A DNA stretch of 64,000 bases from NCBI GenBank assembly GCA_965116875.1, contig OZ220733.1, forward strand, positions 5,312,001-5,376,000, in the 5' to 3' direction. The notes below the pieces were generated by a model. The model was not told where the DNA came from. It did no database searches and saw nothing but the letters and a program-made list of their open reading frames with translations. Source of the DNA: Candidatus Latescibacterota bacterium. GTDB taxonomy: Bacteria > Latescibacterota > UBA2968 > GCA-2709665. The position numbers and the translations under genes are program-made. The number at the start of each line of letters is the position of its first letter. The first letter of the stretch is position 1. This document shows, piece after piece, positions 39,465-50,237 of the stretch.

Positions 39465-40250
39465 TTACCGCCGTTTCAGAAGGAAGATCATCTCAGGCAT
39501 GTCGGGCCCGATCGGTTTCCGGTCAAAAGAACCGAATTCACCCACGCTCTCGAGACCGGCCGCGCAAAACAACGCCTTGAGGTGAGGATACGTATAGACG
39601 CTCATCTTGAAGTCCTCCATCTCCTCGGATAGAACCTCGTCGCCGTCGCAGAGCCGGAAGATAAACCTGCCCGACAGAACCAGGTTGACCGGGTCGTACC
39701 CGTCCTTCACGAAATACCGCCGGATGATCCGACCGTTCCCGTCCTGAGCGGGCCACTCCAGTTCCAGGTGTTCTTCGCCGTCGCCGGAAAACAGCTTGTC
39801 GAAACGGGGATTGAAGACATCGAACGCTAGGATGCCACCGACTGTCAGATGTCTCCCGGCATTCCTCAGGGCCGCCAGTTGGTCTTCCGCGGTGTACATA
39901 TGCTGCATGGGTCTGAACGGAATCACCACCAGGGGAAAGCAATCACCCAATTGAAAGGTTCTGAAATCACCCTCAACGACTCTTACCCGGCGTCGTACCT
40001 CTGCAGGTTCTTCGGCGAGCTTTGCCCGCAAGACCGTCAGCATCGAACGAGAAGCATCAACCCCTGTGACATCAAGACCCTTTCGGGCAAGCGGTAACGT
40101 GATTCTACCGGTCCCGCAGCCAAGCTCGAGGACCGGCCCGCCATACTCCCCGGCCAGATCAAGATAGAAGACCCTGTCGACCAGGTCCTCTTTGACGCTG
40201 TACGCCGCGTCGTAGTGCTTCGCCGCCAGAGTGTAGGAATCTTCGGTCAT
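39465..40250 (-). CDS. class I SAM-dependent methyltransferase
   Basis: VLELGCGTGR. Confidence 0.9.
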   Translation of the reverse strand: MTEDSYTLAAKHYDAAYSVKEDLVDRVFYLDLAGEYGGPVLELGCGTGRITLPLARKGLDVTGVDASRSMLTVLRAKLAEEPAEVRRRVRVVEGDFRTFQLGDCFPLVVIPFRPMQHMYTAEDQLAALRNAGRHLTVGGILAFDVFNPRFDKLFSGDGEEHLELEWPAQDGNGRIIRRYFVKDGYDPVNLVLSGRFIFRLCDGDEVLSEEMEDFKMSVYTYPHLKALFCAAGLESVGEFGSFDRKPIGPDMPEMIFLLKRR

Positions 40251-40259
40251 TGCGAGAAC

Positions 40260-41066
40260 CTATCCAACCAGTTTTCCCCTCAAAACGGCTGCTGTTCGAT
40301 TTGCATCGGCAAGAAACTCAGCGGGCGGCTGAGAGGGATCCTCGGGCACTGCCTCGATCATGACCGGGCCCGGGTGCGATGCAGGAAACGCACTCGCAAC
40401 GGCATCCCAATCCACGATTCCTTTCATTGGCAGCCAGTGAACGTCGGCCTTTCCGTCCGTGTCCGAGAAGTGCGTCGTGCTGAGACGATGGGCCCATCTC
40501 CCGAGCACAGCGCCGGGAGTTCCCGAATACAGGGAGTCGTGCGAACTGTCATAGCACAAGCCCAGACTGTCCAGAGGCAACTCATCCAGAATGAAATCCA
40601 GGCGATCGTTAAACCTTGTATTCTCAAGAGCGAACGCGACGCCACTTTTTGCCGCCGCCTCGCCCAATCGACGAAAGATATCCAGGCCTTCCGGATTGGG
40701 CGGGGGCGGTGTGGGCCCCCTCGTTACGTGAAGCACGATGCAGAAAATGGAATGCCGGCTGCAGAACTCGATCAGCTTAAGGTTCTCATCGACGATTGCA
40801 TCGCGTTCGGCGGGACTGTCGGACCAGAACCCATTCGCATTTTCGAATGGCGCGTGGACGTGATCGACAGTGAGCCCGGCATCTGCAGCCATTCCCGGCA
40901 TTTCTTTCGCCCGACCGGCTCTCACCAGGGGTTCCTCACTTCCCATCCAGAGTAACGTGTGACTGAAACCACTCTTCCTGATCAGCCTCAGACGATCAGA
41001 AAGCGGCAGATCGTAACCGAACCAGGAAAATGTGCCGAGAGAGGGTGCCGTTTCAGACGAAGTCAT
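40260..41066 (-). CDS. sugar phosphate isomerase/epimerase (AP endonuclease 2 TIM barrel) family
   Basis: ALEN, CYDSSH, THFSD..G..DVHWLP..G.VDW. Confidence 0.85.
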   Translation of the reverse strand: MTSSETAPSLGTFSWFGYDLPLSDRLRLIRKSGFSHTLLWMGSEEPLVRAGRAKEMPGMAADAGLTVDHVHAPFENANGFWSDSPAERDAIVDENLKLIEFCSRHSIFCIVLHVTRGPTPPPPNPEGLDIFRRLGEAAAKSGVAFALENTRFNDRLDFILDELPLDSLGLCYDSSHDSLYSGTPGAVLGRWAHRLSTTHFSDTDGKADVHWLPMKGIVDWDAVASAFPASHPGPVMIEAVPEDPSQPPAEFLADANRTAAVLRGKLVG

Positions 41067-41084
41067 CGGTTGCTTTTCTCAACC

Positions 41085-41456
41085 TCAAGCGGCCGCAGTC
41101 CGGGTGGTCTGCCTGAATAACCATGCCGACACGATCCATAGCGCGATGAAGAACCCGTTCAGGAACAAGAGCTCCAGCGGGCCGTTTGCCGGGTAGCCCA
41201 ACCCTCCGATTACCGCCACGAGGGTCACGAGCGCCTGGGCGAGCGCCGTGGCGAACAGCGCGAATGCCATGCCGCGCGGCTCAAAGCGAGCAATGACCGC
41301 GCCGACGATTCCGACGGCCAGCACCCCAAAATACATCATGTTCGCTTCGTTGTTCTCGGATCCGATCACGCCGACGGCGCCATTCACCCAGAGGAGGATG
41401 AACGCTGTCGCGATCGCGACCCCGACGGCAGACCGGTAGGGTTTACGAATCTTCAT
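41085..41456 (-). CDS. small membrane protein (about 4 TM)
   Basis: hydrophobic segments, LWVNGAVGVIGSE. Confidence 0.75.
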   Translation of the reverse strand: MKIRKPYRSAVGVAIATAFILLWVNGAVGVIGSENNEANMMYFGVLAVGIVGAVIARFEPRGMAFALFATALAQALVTLVAVIGGLGYPANGPLELLFLNGFFIALWIVSAWLFRQTTRTAAA

Positions 41457-41680
41457 TGTCGCTCCCTTCGTCCCGGCGTGGTTATTGGGACATCAAACAA
41501 TGGGGCGTCGTGGTTTCGATACACCGCACAGTGATAATTGGAGAAATCCTCGATATGACGTTTGATTTCGTCGAATTGGGCCGCTGTGCCCGGACTCAAA
41601 CGTGTGGAAGGACCGGCGAGGTTACTCGCGGGCTTACGCAAAGCCGGGCATGGGAGTAGTCGTCCGTCGTGAATTTCTCC

Positions 41681-42238
41681 CTATCTGTTCTTCTGAACCG
41701 AAATATAGTCCCGCAGTATCTCGATGGCCGGAAGGTCCACATCTCTTGGCGGCGCCCCGGCAGGATGTTTGTGGAAGTTGACCTTCTCGTCCAATTGGGC
41801 CTCGGCACTGAGGATCGGGCAGGAAATGTCACCAAGCCGCCCCTCCGGCGCAAGAAAGGAGCCTTGCGGATAAGGCCAATCGGTCCAGCGGCCGGAGGTT
41901 ACCACTTCACCGGAGTGATTCTTCTCGAGTAACCCAAAACTGACATATTGATCGAGTTTGTAAAAGCCGATATGCTCTTCGGGATGCCGAACTTTCTGGC
42001 TGGAATACCCAAGCGTTCCAAGGCATGCAGTCACGTCCGGCACGTCTGTTTTCCAAATCGCCCAATCGACGTCGCCGTGGACGCGTGTAACCTCACCCAG
42101 TAGAAAGTCCAGCGCCCAACCCCCGCTCAGCCAGTGTGGGATCGAACGGGCGGTCAATGCACCATGAATCTCCCGGATCAGCCCAAGCTGAACGGGATTC
42201 GGATCGTCGAGGCATCCATCGATTGGAGTCTCAGACAT
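41681..42238 (-). CDS. aminoglycoside/lincosamide nucleotidyltransferase-like protein
   Basis: WLSGGWALDFLLGEVTRVHGDVD, CPILSAEAQL. Confidence 0.8.
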   Translation of the reverse strand: MSETPIDGCLDDPNPVQLGLIREIHGALTARSIPHWLSGGWALDFLLGEVTRVHGDVDWAIWKTDVPDVTACLGTLGYSSQKVRHPEEHIGFYKLDQYVSFGLLEKNHSGEVVTSGRWTDWPYPQGSFLAPEGRLGDISCPILSAEAQLDEKVNFHKHPAGAPPRDVDLPAIEILRDYISVQKNR

Positions 42239-42424
42239 AGGTCTGTTTCATTGAAGAATTCGCGAATCGAAACACTGATGCATTGTAGCCGCCAACCGAT
42301 CACCGACTCCAAACCGATGATTGGGGTTGCGAAGGGCGGAAACACCTGAACGGTGTAGTTGTCTTTAGACCTTACACGCGCTATTCGCCGGCAGCCGCTG
42401 AACCAATTGAAGTCGAGTTCTTCA

Positions 42425-42829
42425 TTATGGCTGAATTCCACCAGCTTTTGCTACAATCGATCGCAAATCAGGGTCGGAAAACCGATTTGACTTCATCACT
42501 TTGCCGTCGTTCCTGAATATCGGTTTACCCTGTTCATCCAGCTTGCTCATGTTGCTCCGGTGGACCTCATCGAAGAGCTCTTCGGCAATATCCTGCAGAC
42601 CGTGAGCGATAAACGTACCAAGAAGCACGTATAGCATGTCGGTAAGGGCGTCCGCGATTTCGACGATGTCACAGTCACGCACGGCCGCTCGATATTCCTC
42701 TAACTCCTCCAATAACATTCGGATACGCCATTGGCTTGTCTCCCCTGGCAACTCTGCAACAGGCGCGTCCTCCCTGTGACACTGGAACACCTCGTGAAAA
42801 CGTCTCACGCGATCGAGCTGATCTTTCAT
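42425..42829 (-). CDS. MazG-like nucleoside triphosphate pyrophosphohydrolase
   Basis: EELEEY, EIADALTDMLYV, EVHRSNMSK. Confidence 0.9.
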   Translation of the reverse strand: MKDQLDRVRRFHEVFQCHREDAPVAELPGETSQWRIRMLLEELEEYRAAVRDCDIVEIADALTDMLYVLLGTFIAHGLQDIAEELFDEVHRSNMSKLDEQGKPIFRNDGKVMKSNRFSDPDLRSIVAKAGGIQP

Positions 42830-43030
42830 CTGGCATCTCCTGATAATTACGCCTAAGACGTTTCCTGGCAGTCAATTGGTGTTGGTTCGCCATTGTCGCG
42901 CCGACATTTGCATAGATTCGCCCAGGTTCGCGCTTTCTCGCCTTGCCTGTCCTGGCCCAATTCTGCCGATCTTGCATTGGTCGCACTATGCCGATCCCGT
43001 ATTGGCCACATATCGGCGATCATTAACATT

Positions 43031-43055
43031 GTAGGGGCGTCCCTTGTGGGCGCCC
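43031..43055 (+). repeat. single GTAG-class REP
   Basis: GTAG-GGGCGTCC-CTTGT-GGGCGCCC. Confidence 0.65.
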
Positions 43056-43105
43056 GATGTTTCGTGATCGTCTAGCCGCGGGTTCGGGACAGTGAATGCT
43101 CGTGT

Positions 43106-43906
43106 TCATGAGTCGCAGAGCCAGCTATCCCTGTCGTACTCGAAGGCTTCGAAGTCGTCGCGGTAGAGGTCATAGGTCAGAGCCGCCAACTCGCGACTGT
43201 ACGCCACGTCCAGTGGTACGTGTGCCGATACGTTCCGTCGTTCCGAGACTAGCGCGACCGTTTCCTCCCGAGCGCCGAGCCGCCTCAGGACCGCCCTGCA
43301 ATCGACTGCGAAGTTCTCAAATCGGCCGATGAAATCATAATCGATCAAGTCCCGCCTGAGAATCCGTGACTGAGCATTAAAATGTCCGTCATAGATGGCG
43401 TCCGGCTTGAGCTCGTATCGTACCTTTCCGCCGCAGTCTGACAGGAAATGAACGAAGTCTGCAAAGGTTACCGTGACCGCATCGCGTCCATCCCCGGCAG
43501 GGGAGTTGAATCTCTCCCGAATCGCATTCTGTAACCACGCATATTGGGTGTCCCGTGTGTTCCCGATCTTCGACTTGTAAGCCGAGTGCAGCCGATGGTA
43601 CGGATTGCGTACAAAGCAGAATCTCACCCATTCCGGCGAGGTCAGAATATCGATGATCTCTTCAGTGCTGTATTTCCCGAGGAATAACCCGACATCGAGA
43701 CCGTGGACGCCGTTCGGTTTCGCCGGCGCCGGGTTTCCAGCCAGATCGAAGAGCGTTACTTTTACCGTAGTACAGGCAACCTTGGGTAAAGTCATGCACA
43801 GGCACCTGTACTCGGGCACGACCCATCCGTGGTAAGAGAAACTCTGGTTGGCATCATTCGCCCGTGCATTCTCGATGAGCGATGCCAGTTGTTTCGCTTC
43901 GACCAT
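43106..43906 (-). CDS. sulfotransferase family 2 protein
   Basis: PKVACTT (5'-PSB), FVRNPYHRLHSAY (3'-PB), DFIGRFE, Y..DFEAFEY. Confidence 0.88.
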   Translation of the reverse strand: MVEAKQLASLIENARANDANQSFSYHGWVVPEYRCLCMTLPKVACTTVKVTLFDLAGNPAPAKPNGVHGLDVGLFLGKYSTEEIIDILTSPEWVRFCFVRNPYHRLHSAYKSKIGNTRDTQYAWLQNAIRERFNSPAGDGRDAVTVTFADFVHFLSDCGGKVRYELKPDAIYDGHFNAQSRILRRDLIDYDFIGRFENFAVDCRAVLRRLGAREETVALVSERRNVSAHVPLDVAYSRELAALTYDLYRDDFEAFEYDRDSWLCDS

Positions 43907-44058
43907 TACTGCCTCAGACCGGGGCTCTTCAAGCCGTATCGAAAGGGTCAGACTAAACCAAAGCCTGGAAAGAAAGGCGTCCGTGACCCGAATCAGGACC
44001 CGTGAATTGGGTTGCCGATTTCCAATGCCTGAGAGCGCCACAGCGCAAGACAGGAAAT

Positions 44059-44826
44059 TCAACTTTCCAACATTCGATCAGGTGCTGCCCTGCGAACCCA
44101 TTCGACTTCGCCGAGGACGAATGTTTCTACCTCCCTACAGTAACGCGTGACGTCCCCCGGATGATCTGTCTCTTGATTAAGGTACATTCTGATCGGGGTC
44201 AACATTTCCAGAATCGAGTCAATACCCGGCAGGTTCGAAAACGCCGGAAGGACATTACGTTTGCCAAGTACATATTTGCCAGTTCGGTCCCAAACAAAGA
44301 TTCGAAGCCAGTAGATGATGTTGTTGACGCGAGCATCGGAGACGTCAATTGGGGCCGGAAAGTCGCGTTTCCAGGCCCCGAGAAGGTCTGGTACAAGATC
44401 GGCCAGTGACCGCTTCATATCCTCCTTCGAAGGATCCGGAATCGCCGACAGGTCCAGATGTCCCAGGATTACCCGTCCTTGCTGCTTGAGCTGAAGAATC
44501 TCATAGACCATATCGTGGAGTCTGCCGAATGGAGGGCTGAGATCGGATTCATGAATGCCATATCCTCCGAATCCCTTTGAGAATCCGTACTTCACCCAAT
44601 ATCGCTTGGCCATCTCCTTGATTTCAGACAGAAGGCCTTCCGGGCAAGCGTCCCTTGCGACCACGACCAAATCAATATCACTTCTGCCCGGGACGTAGGA
44701 ACCTGCAGGCAGCGATCCCACCGCCACAACCGCCATCAGGTGAACACCCAAGACCTCACGGCTCTCTGCAGCGAAAGTGTCTGCGATTTCCCACGCCTGG
44801 TCATCGGCAATTACAGGTGCTGACAT
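44059..44826 (-). CDS. nucleotidyltransferase domain protein
   Basis: VGSLPAGSYVPGRSDIDL. Confidence 0.8.
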   Translation of the reverse strand: MSAPVIADDQAWEIADTFAAESREVLGVHLMAVVAVGSLPAGSYVPGRSDIDLVVVARDACPEGLLSEIKEMAKRYWVKYGFSKGFGGYGIHESDLSPPFGRLHDMVYEILQLKQQGRVILGHLDLSAIPDPSKEDMKRSLADLVPDLLGAWKRDFPAPIDVSDARVNNIIYWLRIFVWDRTGKYVLGKRNVLPAFSNLPGIDSILEMLTPIRMYLNQETDHPGDVTRYCREVETFVLGEVEWVRRAAPDRMLES

Positions 44827-45373
44827 AGCTACGACGCTCCGAGGCAGCTATACGATGCGCGGTTTCACCCAATGGTTCGCTGGCGCACGGTGTCGTTCAC
44901 CTGCCATGAGCCATGAAACCAGGGTTCTCTGATGATGCAAATGCGGCGGAGCCGCGTCCCAGCTTTTTTGTTATCGAAATCCTCGCGCAGCGAAGGTGGC
45001 TCCTGGTTCGCGAGTCCCGAACTGTACCATTAAGCTGTCACCCGGGTTCTGCCAAAGAACTGTCGACCGGTGGTGAGAGCATGCTTGAGGTCAGGCACCG
45101 ACGCTGAGCCAGCGAACACTCTCGCCGATGCCGCGGCCGTCCGTTCAATAAACTCATATACCGAAGCAGCGCCTTCTAATGCCAGCTCCGACACCTGTGG
45201 TCGCTGTTTCATGTCTACTCGCCATCCCAGTCTCGTGGCACTCAATTTGCAGACAGTAAATCTCGAATCCGGTTTCAGGCGAGGGTCTTGGGTGATCGCG
45301 GTCTCGCCACAGTCAAGTTGGGCCGGATGAGGTTTTACCGAAGCCCTTTCGATCGTGTTGAGGGACACGTCCC

Positions 45374-46762
45374 TCAATCGGCTTGCGGCTTTAGCTGCTC
45401 TTCAGAAAGTAGCTGGCTGATTCTGATTTTGCCTGAGTCGTCGATGATTTGAAGATAGACTTCCCGGCTGCCTTTCTCTCCAACGAACCTCAAAAGGCCG
45501 AAGTTGTAATCTCTGACGTATGGCGCCGCCGATTGAGGGCCTCCACCCCAAAGGGCTCCTCCACCGGGCGTGGGATCCGGGTTGCGTCGTCGGACCGCCA
45601 GATTCGAACTCAGAAGTTCATAGAGAGGATAATCAAACCCCGGTCGGTCCAGGCGATGGAGTCCACCGACGTGCCAATCTCCTGCAAGAAAAAAGACGCC
45701 GGTGATGTCTTCGGAAAAGAGCCATGCAAAAAACTCATCGCGTTCATTTCCAAAATTCGCCCATGTTTCCCCGGTTCCGTCAACAACCGCCGTGCCGCCG
45801 GAAGCGATCACCTTGAAGGTGGCCGTGCTGCTTTTCAGTTTGGCCTTGAGCCATTTGAGCTGGCCTTCTCCAAGCATCGTGGACCTATCCTCCGCTTCGT
45901 TCGGGTCCCTGTGAGAACGGTTGTCGAGCATGAAGAATTCAACGTCTGCGATCCTGAACCTGTGGAAGACGCCAGGCCCACCCGAGGTCTCGGCGTATGG
46001 GTTCGGCCAGTAACGGCGGAACGACTCGATTGCGAGATCCCGCCACTTGAATGTCCGGTCGGAGTTGTTCGGTCCGAAGTCGTGGTCGTCCCAGATGCCG
46101 TAGCTCGGTGTCGTGGCCACGATGCCTCTGAGCCCGGGGACCTGCCGGAATCTGCGATGGTAGAGGGACATGATCTCTCTGGCACCGGCTTCGGGGAGAT
46201 CGAATCCTTCCGCTCTGCCCGGCATGTAATTGTTGTCGCCGATAAACAGAAAGGCGGCAGGGCGGAACCTCGCAACCTGCGACCAGATCGATTGAACAGG
46301 CACTCTCGCGGGCAGATTGCACGATCCAAAGGCGACTGTGAATTCAGTGATTCGTTCGGGATCTGTTTCCAAGATCGATTCGGGCGGCATGAGTGGAAAA
46401 ACCTGGACGGTCTGGGGACGTACTATCTTACCGTCGACATAGACATCGTAATAGACCAGCCGCCCAGGTGGCAACCCGGAAAGTTCGATGGCGCACGTAT
46501 ATGGCGTCGTCGATTCCGTTCTTCCTTCCGCTGAACCCCTGAACATGGGTTCTCTGAGTGTACGGTGAAACATGATCCGGGGCTCAATCCAGTAGTCAAT
46601 TCGAACCGTCGCGGCGGCGTCCGTTTCTACCCAGATTGTCGATGACGTCGTCGTGGTATGCCCCACAAGCGGTCCTGAAATCAGGTTTGCGGTTTGCGCG
46701 GGTGCCGATATACTATGGAAAACAAGCGCCAGGGTCAGGACAGTAAGAAATCGAAGCTGCAT
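45374..46762 (-). CDS. alkaline phosphatase D (PhoD) family protein
   Basis: signal peptide; AFGSC, IGDNNY, IWDDHD, LAGDWH. Confidence 0.9.
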   Translation of the reverse strand: MQLRFLTVLTLALVFHSISAPAQTANLISGPLVGHTTTTSSTIWVETDAAATVRIDYWIEPRIMFHRTLREPMFRGSAEGRTESTTPYTCAIELSGLPPGRLVYYDVYVDGKIVRPQTVQVFPLMPPESILETDPERITEFTVAFGSCNLPARVPVQSIWSQVARFRPAAFLFIGDNNYMPGRAEGFDLPEAGAREIMSLYHRRFRQVPGLRGIVATTPSYGIWDDHDFGPNNSDRTFKWRDLAIESFRRYWPNPYAETSGGPGVFHRFRIADVEFFMLDNRSHRDPNEAEDRSTMLGEGQLKWLKAKLKSSTATFKVIASGGTAVVDGTGETWANFGNERDEFFAWLFSEDITGVFFLAGDWHVGGLHRLDRPGFDYPLYELLSSNLAVRRRNPDPTPGGGALWGGGPQSAAPYVRDYNFGLLRFVGEKGSREVYLQIIDDSGKIRISQLLSEEQLKPQAD

Positions 46763-46834
46763 TGACTCCTCCTTCTTCGGAAGTAACATTCCCACACGAT
46801 TCATCTCCTCCTGAAAGTCATTTGCCAGCACGTT

Positions 46835-47809
46835 TCAAACTTCTGCAAACGAAGCTAACACGGCGTCCCAGGCCAGTTCAGAAGCTATGAATCCTATATC
46901 AAGCTCATCCAGTGTTTTTGTCGTAACTTCGTTTGTCGTAACGGCATACAGGATATCGCCGTCATATTGGGTGTGGAAGGGCTGGATGGCCTGCGCCATC
47001 GAGCTATGGACCTGTTTTGCCAACTGATGAAGAGATCCCGCGTCCAACTTGCGGTTGGTAACCACCAATGTCAGGGTGGTGTTTTCGCGTGAAGGCTTGC
47101 GCCCTGTCGACTTACCGGATCGACGTTGGACCCGATCCCGTATGTGAAGCCGGTTTCCTGTACTCGGATCCAGATTCCCTCGAACGACCTGCCCTTCACG
47201 ATTGACAATTGCGCCGAGCGCATTCACAACGGTAAATACCGCAATCCTGGTACGACCGATCTGTCGAAAGGCGGCGCCCTGTCCGGATGATTCTCGAACA
47301 CCCAGCCCGGATCCGCCGCCAACGTGAGCCGAACGACCGGCTCCTCGTGCGCCCAGAGGAAAGACGCCAGTACGGGCTGCTCGCAAAGCCGCCCGGCCCA
47401 ATTGCATATCCGGATAGATAGCGTTGTTCCTGCCTCGCCAATCCCATATTATGGCGCCGGAAACGAGGGGAATATTCTCCCAGTTTATGGAATATTCCTG
47501 CAGCGCGAGAAGTTCAGCGCGTACACCAAGCGCCGCTTCAAGACCGTAAAGAGATCCGCCGGCGAAGCAAATGGCGTGATACCAGCCATAACCGGTCTCA
47601 CTGGCGCCAACGCTTCCCCCTCGAATATCGACAGCCGTGGTGACTCCCTTTGGAAAATGGAAGACGGTACAACCGGTTGGACCCTCTTCGTATTCGGCGA
47701 TACCGACCTTCATATCCTGGATGTTGAATTCGAGGGTTGGACCTCCAAAAGTCGTCATCGGCGTCAATTGTACGCTATCGTGTGAAACCGGTTTTCTTCG
47801 CCTGCCCAT
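46835..47809 (-). CDS. P1/S58 (DmpA-like) peptidase family protein
   Basis: PTGCTV, DIRGG, VVNALG, NTTL, PFHTQYDGD. Confidence 0.88.
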   Translation of the reverse strand: MGRRRKPVSHDSVQLTPMTTFGGPTLEFNIQDMKVGIAEYEEGPTGCTVFHFPKGVTTAVDIRGGSVGASETGYGWYHAICFAGGSLYGLEAALGVRAELLALQEYSINWENIPLVSGAIIWDWRGRNNAIYPDMQLGRAALRAARTGVFPLGARGAGRSAHVGGGSGLGVRESSGQGAAFRQIGRTRIAVFTVVNALGAIVNREGQVVRGNLDPSTGNRLHIRDRVQRRSGKSTGRKPSRENTTLTLVVTNRKLDAGSLHQLAKQVHSSMAQAIQPFHTQYDGDILYAVTTNEVTTKTLDELDIGFIASELAWDAVLASFAEV

Positions 47810-48162
47810 AGTTCTTACCTGTCTGGAAGTGGATTTCGTCTGAGGATATTGCAGGTAGCGAGCTTATAGTTTACATCCTCCCCTGCCGCCGCTCCGCTTG
47901 TCGAAGCGGTCGTTAAGCCAGTCGAAACGTGGTCACTGAGCATGCCTGCATTGAGCTTGTCGAAATGTCGAAGTGCCCGCGTTTCGACGTCCTTTTTCCT
48001 TCGCCGACCCTTCGACCCTTCGACAGGCTCAGGGACCGCAAGCTCAGGGAGCGGCTCAGGGTGCCCGGTCAATATTGTGGTAAAAGGTAAATTACCGGGT
48101 GCTCCCCGCAATACCTGTCTGGATAGGGATTATGTCGAAAGTTAAGAGACCATCCTGGAAAT

Positions 48163-48855
48163 TCAGTTGGATTCGGCGATCACCTGGACCGCCGAGGACA
48201 GATCTTCCAGGTTAGTAATCGCCACATCGGGAATTTCATCCGGTTCCCGTGGTTCCAGTGCCGCATATCTCCCCTGCCGGAACCAGATGGTCCGGATGCC
48301 CAGCTTCATTGCCGGGATGATGTCGTTATCGAGCCGATCGCCGATCATGATCGCCTCGGAAGGGGTGAACCCGGCCTTGTCGAGGATTGTCAGGAAGAAA
48401 CGCTCATCGGGCTTCTTGATCCCGATACTTCCCGAAACCTCTCTATAGCGAAACCAGCGGAGCACGCCAAGATCGTCCAGCACGTCCGTGATACTCGCCG
48501 GCGCGTTGCCGGCCAGCGCAAGTGTGTATTTTTCGGCCAACTGTTCGAGTATCACAGCGGCTCCTGGATACAGCCGGAACCCGAGAGATCGAATCTCCGG
48601 ATAGTGAGATCGCACCTCCGTCGTAATCTCGTCGAAGAGGGACGCGTCAGATCCGGCAAAGTGCCGGGTGATGGCGTGCAAGGGACTCGGAACGAACTCT
48701 GATATCTTGTCACTGTCCAGAAGCCGATACTCTTTAACGGACAACTCGAATCCGAATCTGGCAAGCGTGGTTCGATGCACTTCCATCAGGGCATCCTGCT
48801 GACCTTCGGCGTCGAGGATGGTCTCCCCGACGTCGAACAACAATACGTTAATCAT
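48163..48855 (-). CDS. HAD family hydrolase
   Basis: FDVGET, KPD, MIGDRLDND. Confidence 0.9.
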   Translation of the reverse strand: MINVLLFDVGETILDAEGQQDALMEVHRTTLARFGFELSVKEYRLLDSDKISEFVPSPLHAITRHFAGSDASLFDEITTEVRSHYPEIRSLGFRLYPGAAVILEQLAEKYTLALAGNAPASITDVLDDLGVLRWFRYREVSGSIGIKKPDERFFLTILDKAGFTPSEAIMIGDRLDNDIIPAMKLGIRTIWFRQGRYAALEPREPDEIPDVAITNLEDLSSAVQVIAESN

Positions 48856-48886
48856 CTCAGTCTCACACGGATCGCGAACTCACTTT

Positions 48887-49921
48887 TCAGAGCATTTCCG
48901 TCGTCTCTCTCAATGTCTGAAGCAGCCGTCTCACCTCGGATTCGTACGATCCGCCTCCGTGCCCAATGGGCTTTCGCGCAGTCATCGTCCAGATGATTTC
49001 CTGAACAGTGTAAAGGAGATGAACCGACTCCCACGACGGCCCGCGAAGTCCCCTCACGTCCAAATACTCACTCCAGAGAGCCGCTCGAAATACTGAGAAA
49101 TCGTCCCGGCAACGCCAGATCTCCTCGCCCCACTCACCGAAGTTGAACTCAAGTGCGGGATGTCCAATACCGGCATTTCCCCAATCCAGAATCCCGGTCA
49201 CGTCCAGGTCTCGTTCTGACCGCACCAGAATCTGGTCTTCGTGGATATCGCCGTGAAGCAGCACGTCGTCCATCCCCGCCAGTTCTGACAACGCCCGTTG
49301 CCACTTGTCTATAGTCGAGGCGGAGTTCAGGTCACGGAATTCTTCCGCGCCGAATCCGGCAGCCAATTCCCCGACCGAAGAAGCGATCGAATCCTGCACT
49401 TCGCCCGGCGAACCCGATCGCAGCGCCTCATACATCCATCGATACGAGTCGCCGTGATCGCCGTCGAGATCCTGAGACAGAGGTCCCAGGAAGCCTGTTT
49501 CCGGTCCCAGTCGAACGCTATGCCAGACACCTGCGAGCCGTCCAACCGAACGAAGCACCTGCTCATAGTCTCCAGAACGTAAGGACCGTTCGATCGAGCC
49601 GAGCAGCACCCCGTGAAGACGCGTGACAACCCCGAACCGGTACGGGCTCAATTCGCTATTCTCGATCGCCCTAACGAGCCTGGGCGCCAGCAATCCGTCG
49701 CGCTCGCCCAGGAATTTATATAGTTCCAGTTCGGTATTCACGGAACATTGGTGCCTCGGATGTCTTGGAAACAGAAAGACATGATCCGGAGACTTGATGA
49801 TGTGCTTGGTCCATCCAGTGAAGTCGGGTTCGAGCTCTCCAGGTGTCAGCTCGAAGGCTTCACAGAAACGATCCAGGTAAGGTTTGCTCAATATGGCTTC
49901 GATTGCAGCGGAGTTTTCCAT
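48887..49921 (-). CDS. aminoglycoside phosphotransferase family protein
   Basis: LLHGDIHEDQIL, GILDWG. Confidence 0.85.
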   Translation of the reverse strand: MENSAAIEAILSKPYLDRFCEAFELTPGELEPDFTGWTKHIIKSPDHVFLFPRHPRHQCSVNTELELYKFLGERDGLLAPRLVRAIENSELSPYRFGVVTRLHGVLLGSIERSLRSGDYEQVLRSVGRLAGVWHSVRLGPETGFLGPLSQDLDGDHGDSYRWMYEALRSGSPGEVQDSIASSVGELAAGFGAEEFRDLNSASTIDKWQRALSELAGMDDVLLHGDIHEDQILVRSERDLDVTGILDWGNAGIGHPALEFNFGEWGEEIWRCRDDFSVFRAALWSEYLDVRGLRGPSWESVHLLYTVQEIIWTMTARKPIGHGGGSYESEVRRLLQTLRETTEML

Positions 49922-50237
49922 CGTTGGGTTATCCGGGCATGTATGCCCTATCAAGAATTAGCCGATCGGAAAGCGTGTTTGAACGTCGGACAGATATTCT
50001 ACGCTGCGTTATCGGGACTTCAGACGCCCCACCTTGATTTGCAAATATCCGGGCACCTGAATGTCGAATATATACAGAAAAACAAAGGCGAAATGACGTC
50101 AAAGGTCCCGGTCACTTGAGGTCACTGGATGTGAGGGGAGATTTCATCCACTTGAACGACCTCAATACCCCGTTTTGGCACCGTCACCTTTTGTGCTTTT
50201 TGCGGTAAATCAACCGTTGTCTTTTTTCGTATTGAGG

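Noticed and set aside
45030-45377. 115-aa ORF downstream of phoD-like gene
   Set aside because: No motif or RBS; may be a gene remnant, but cannot be supported as a CDS
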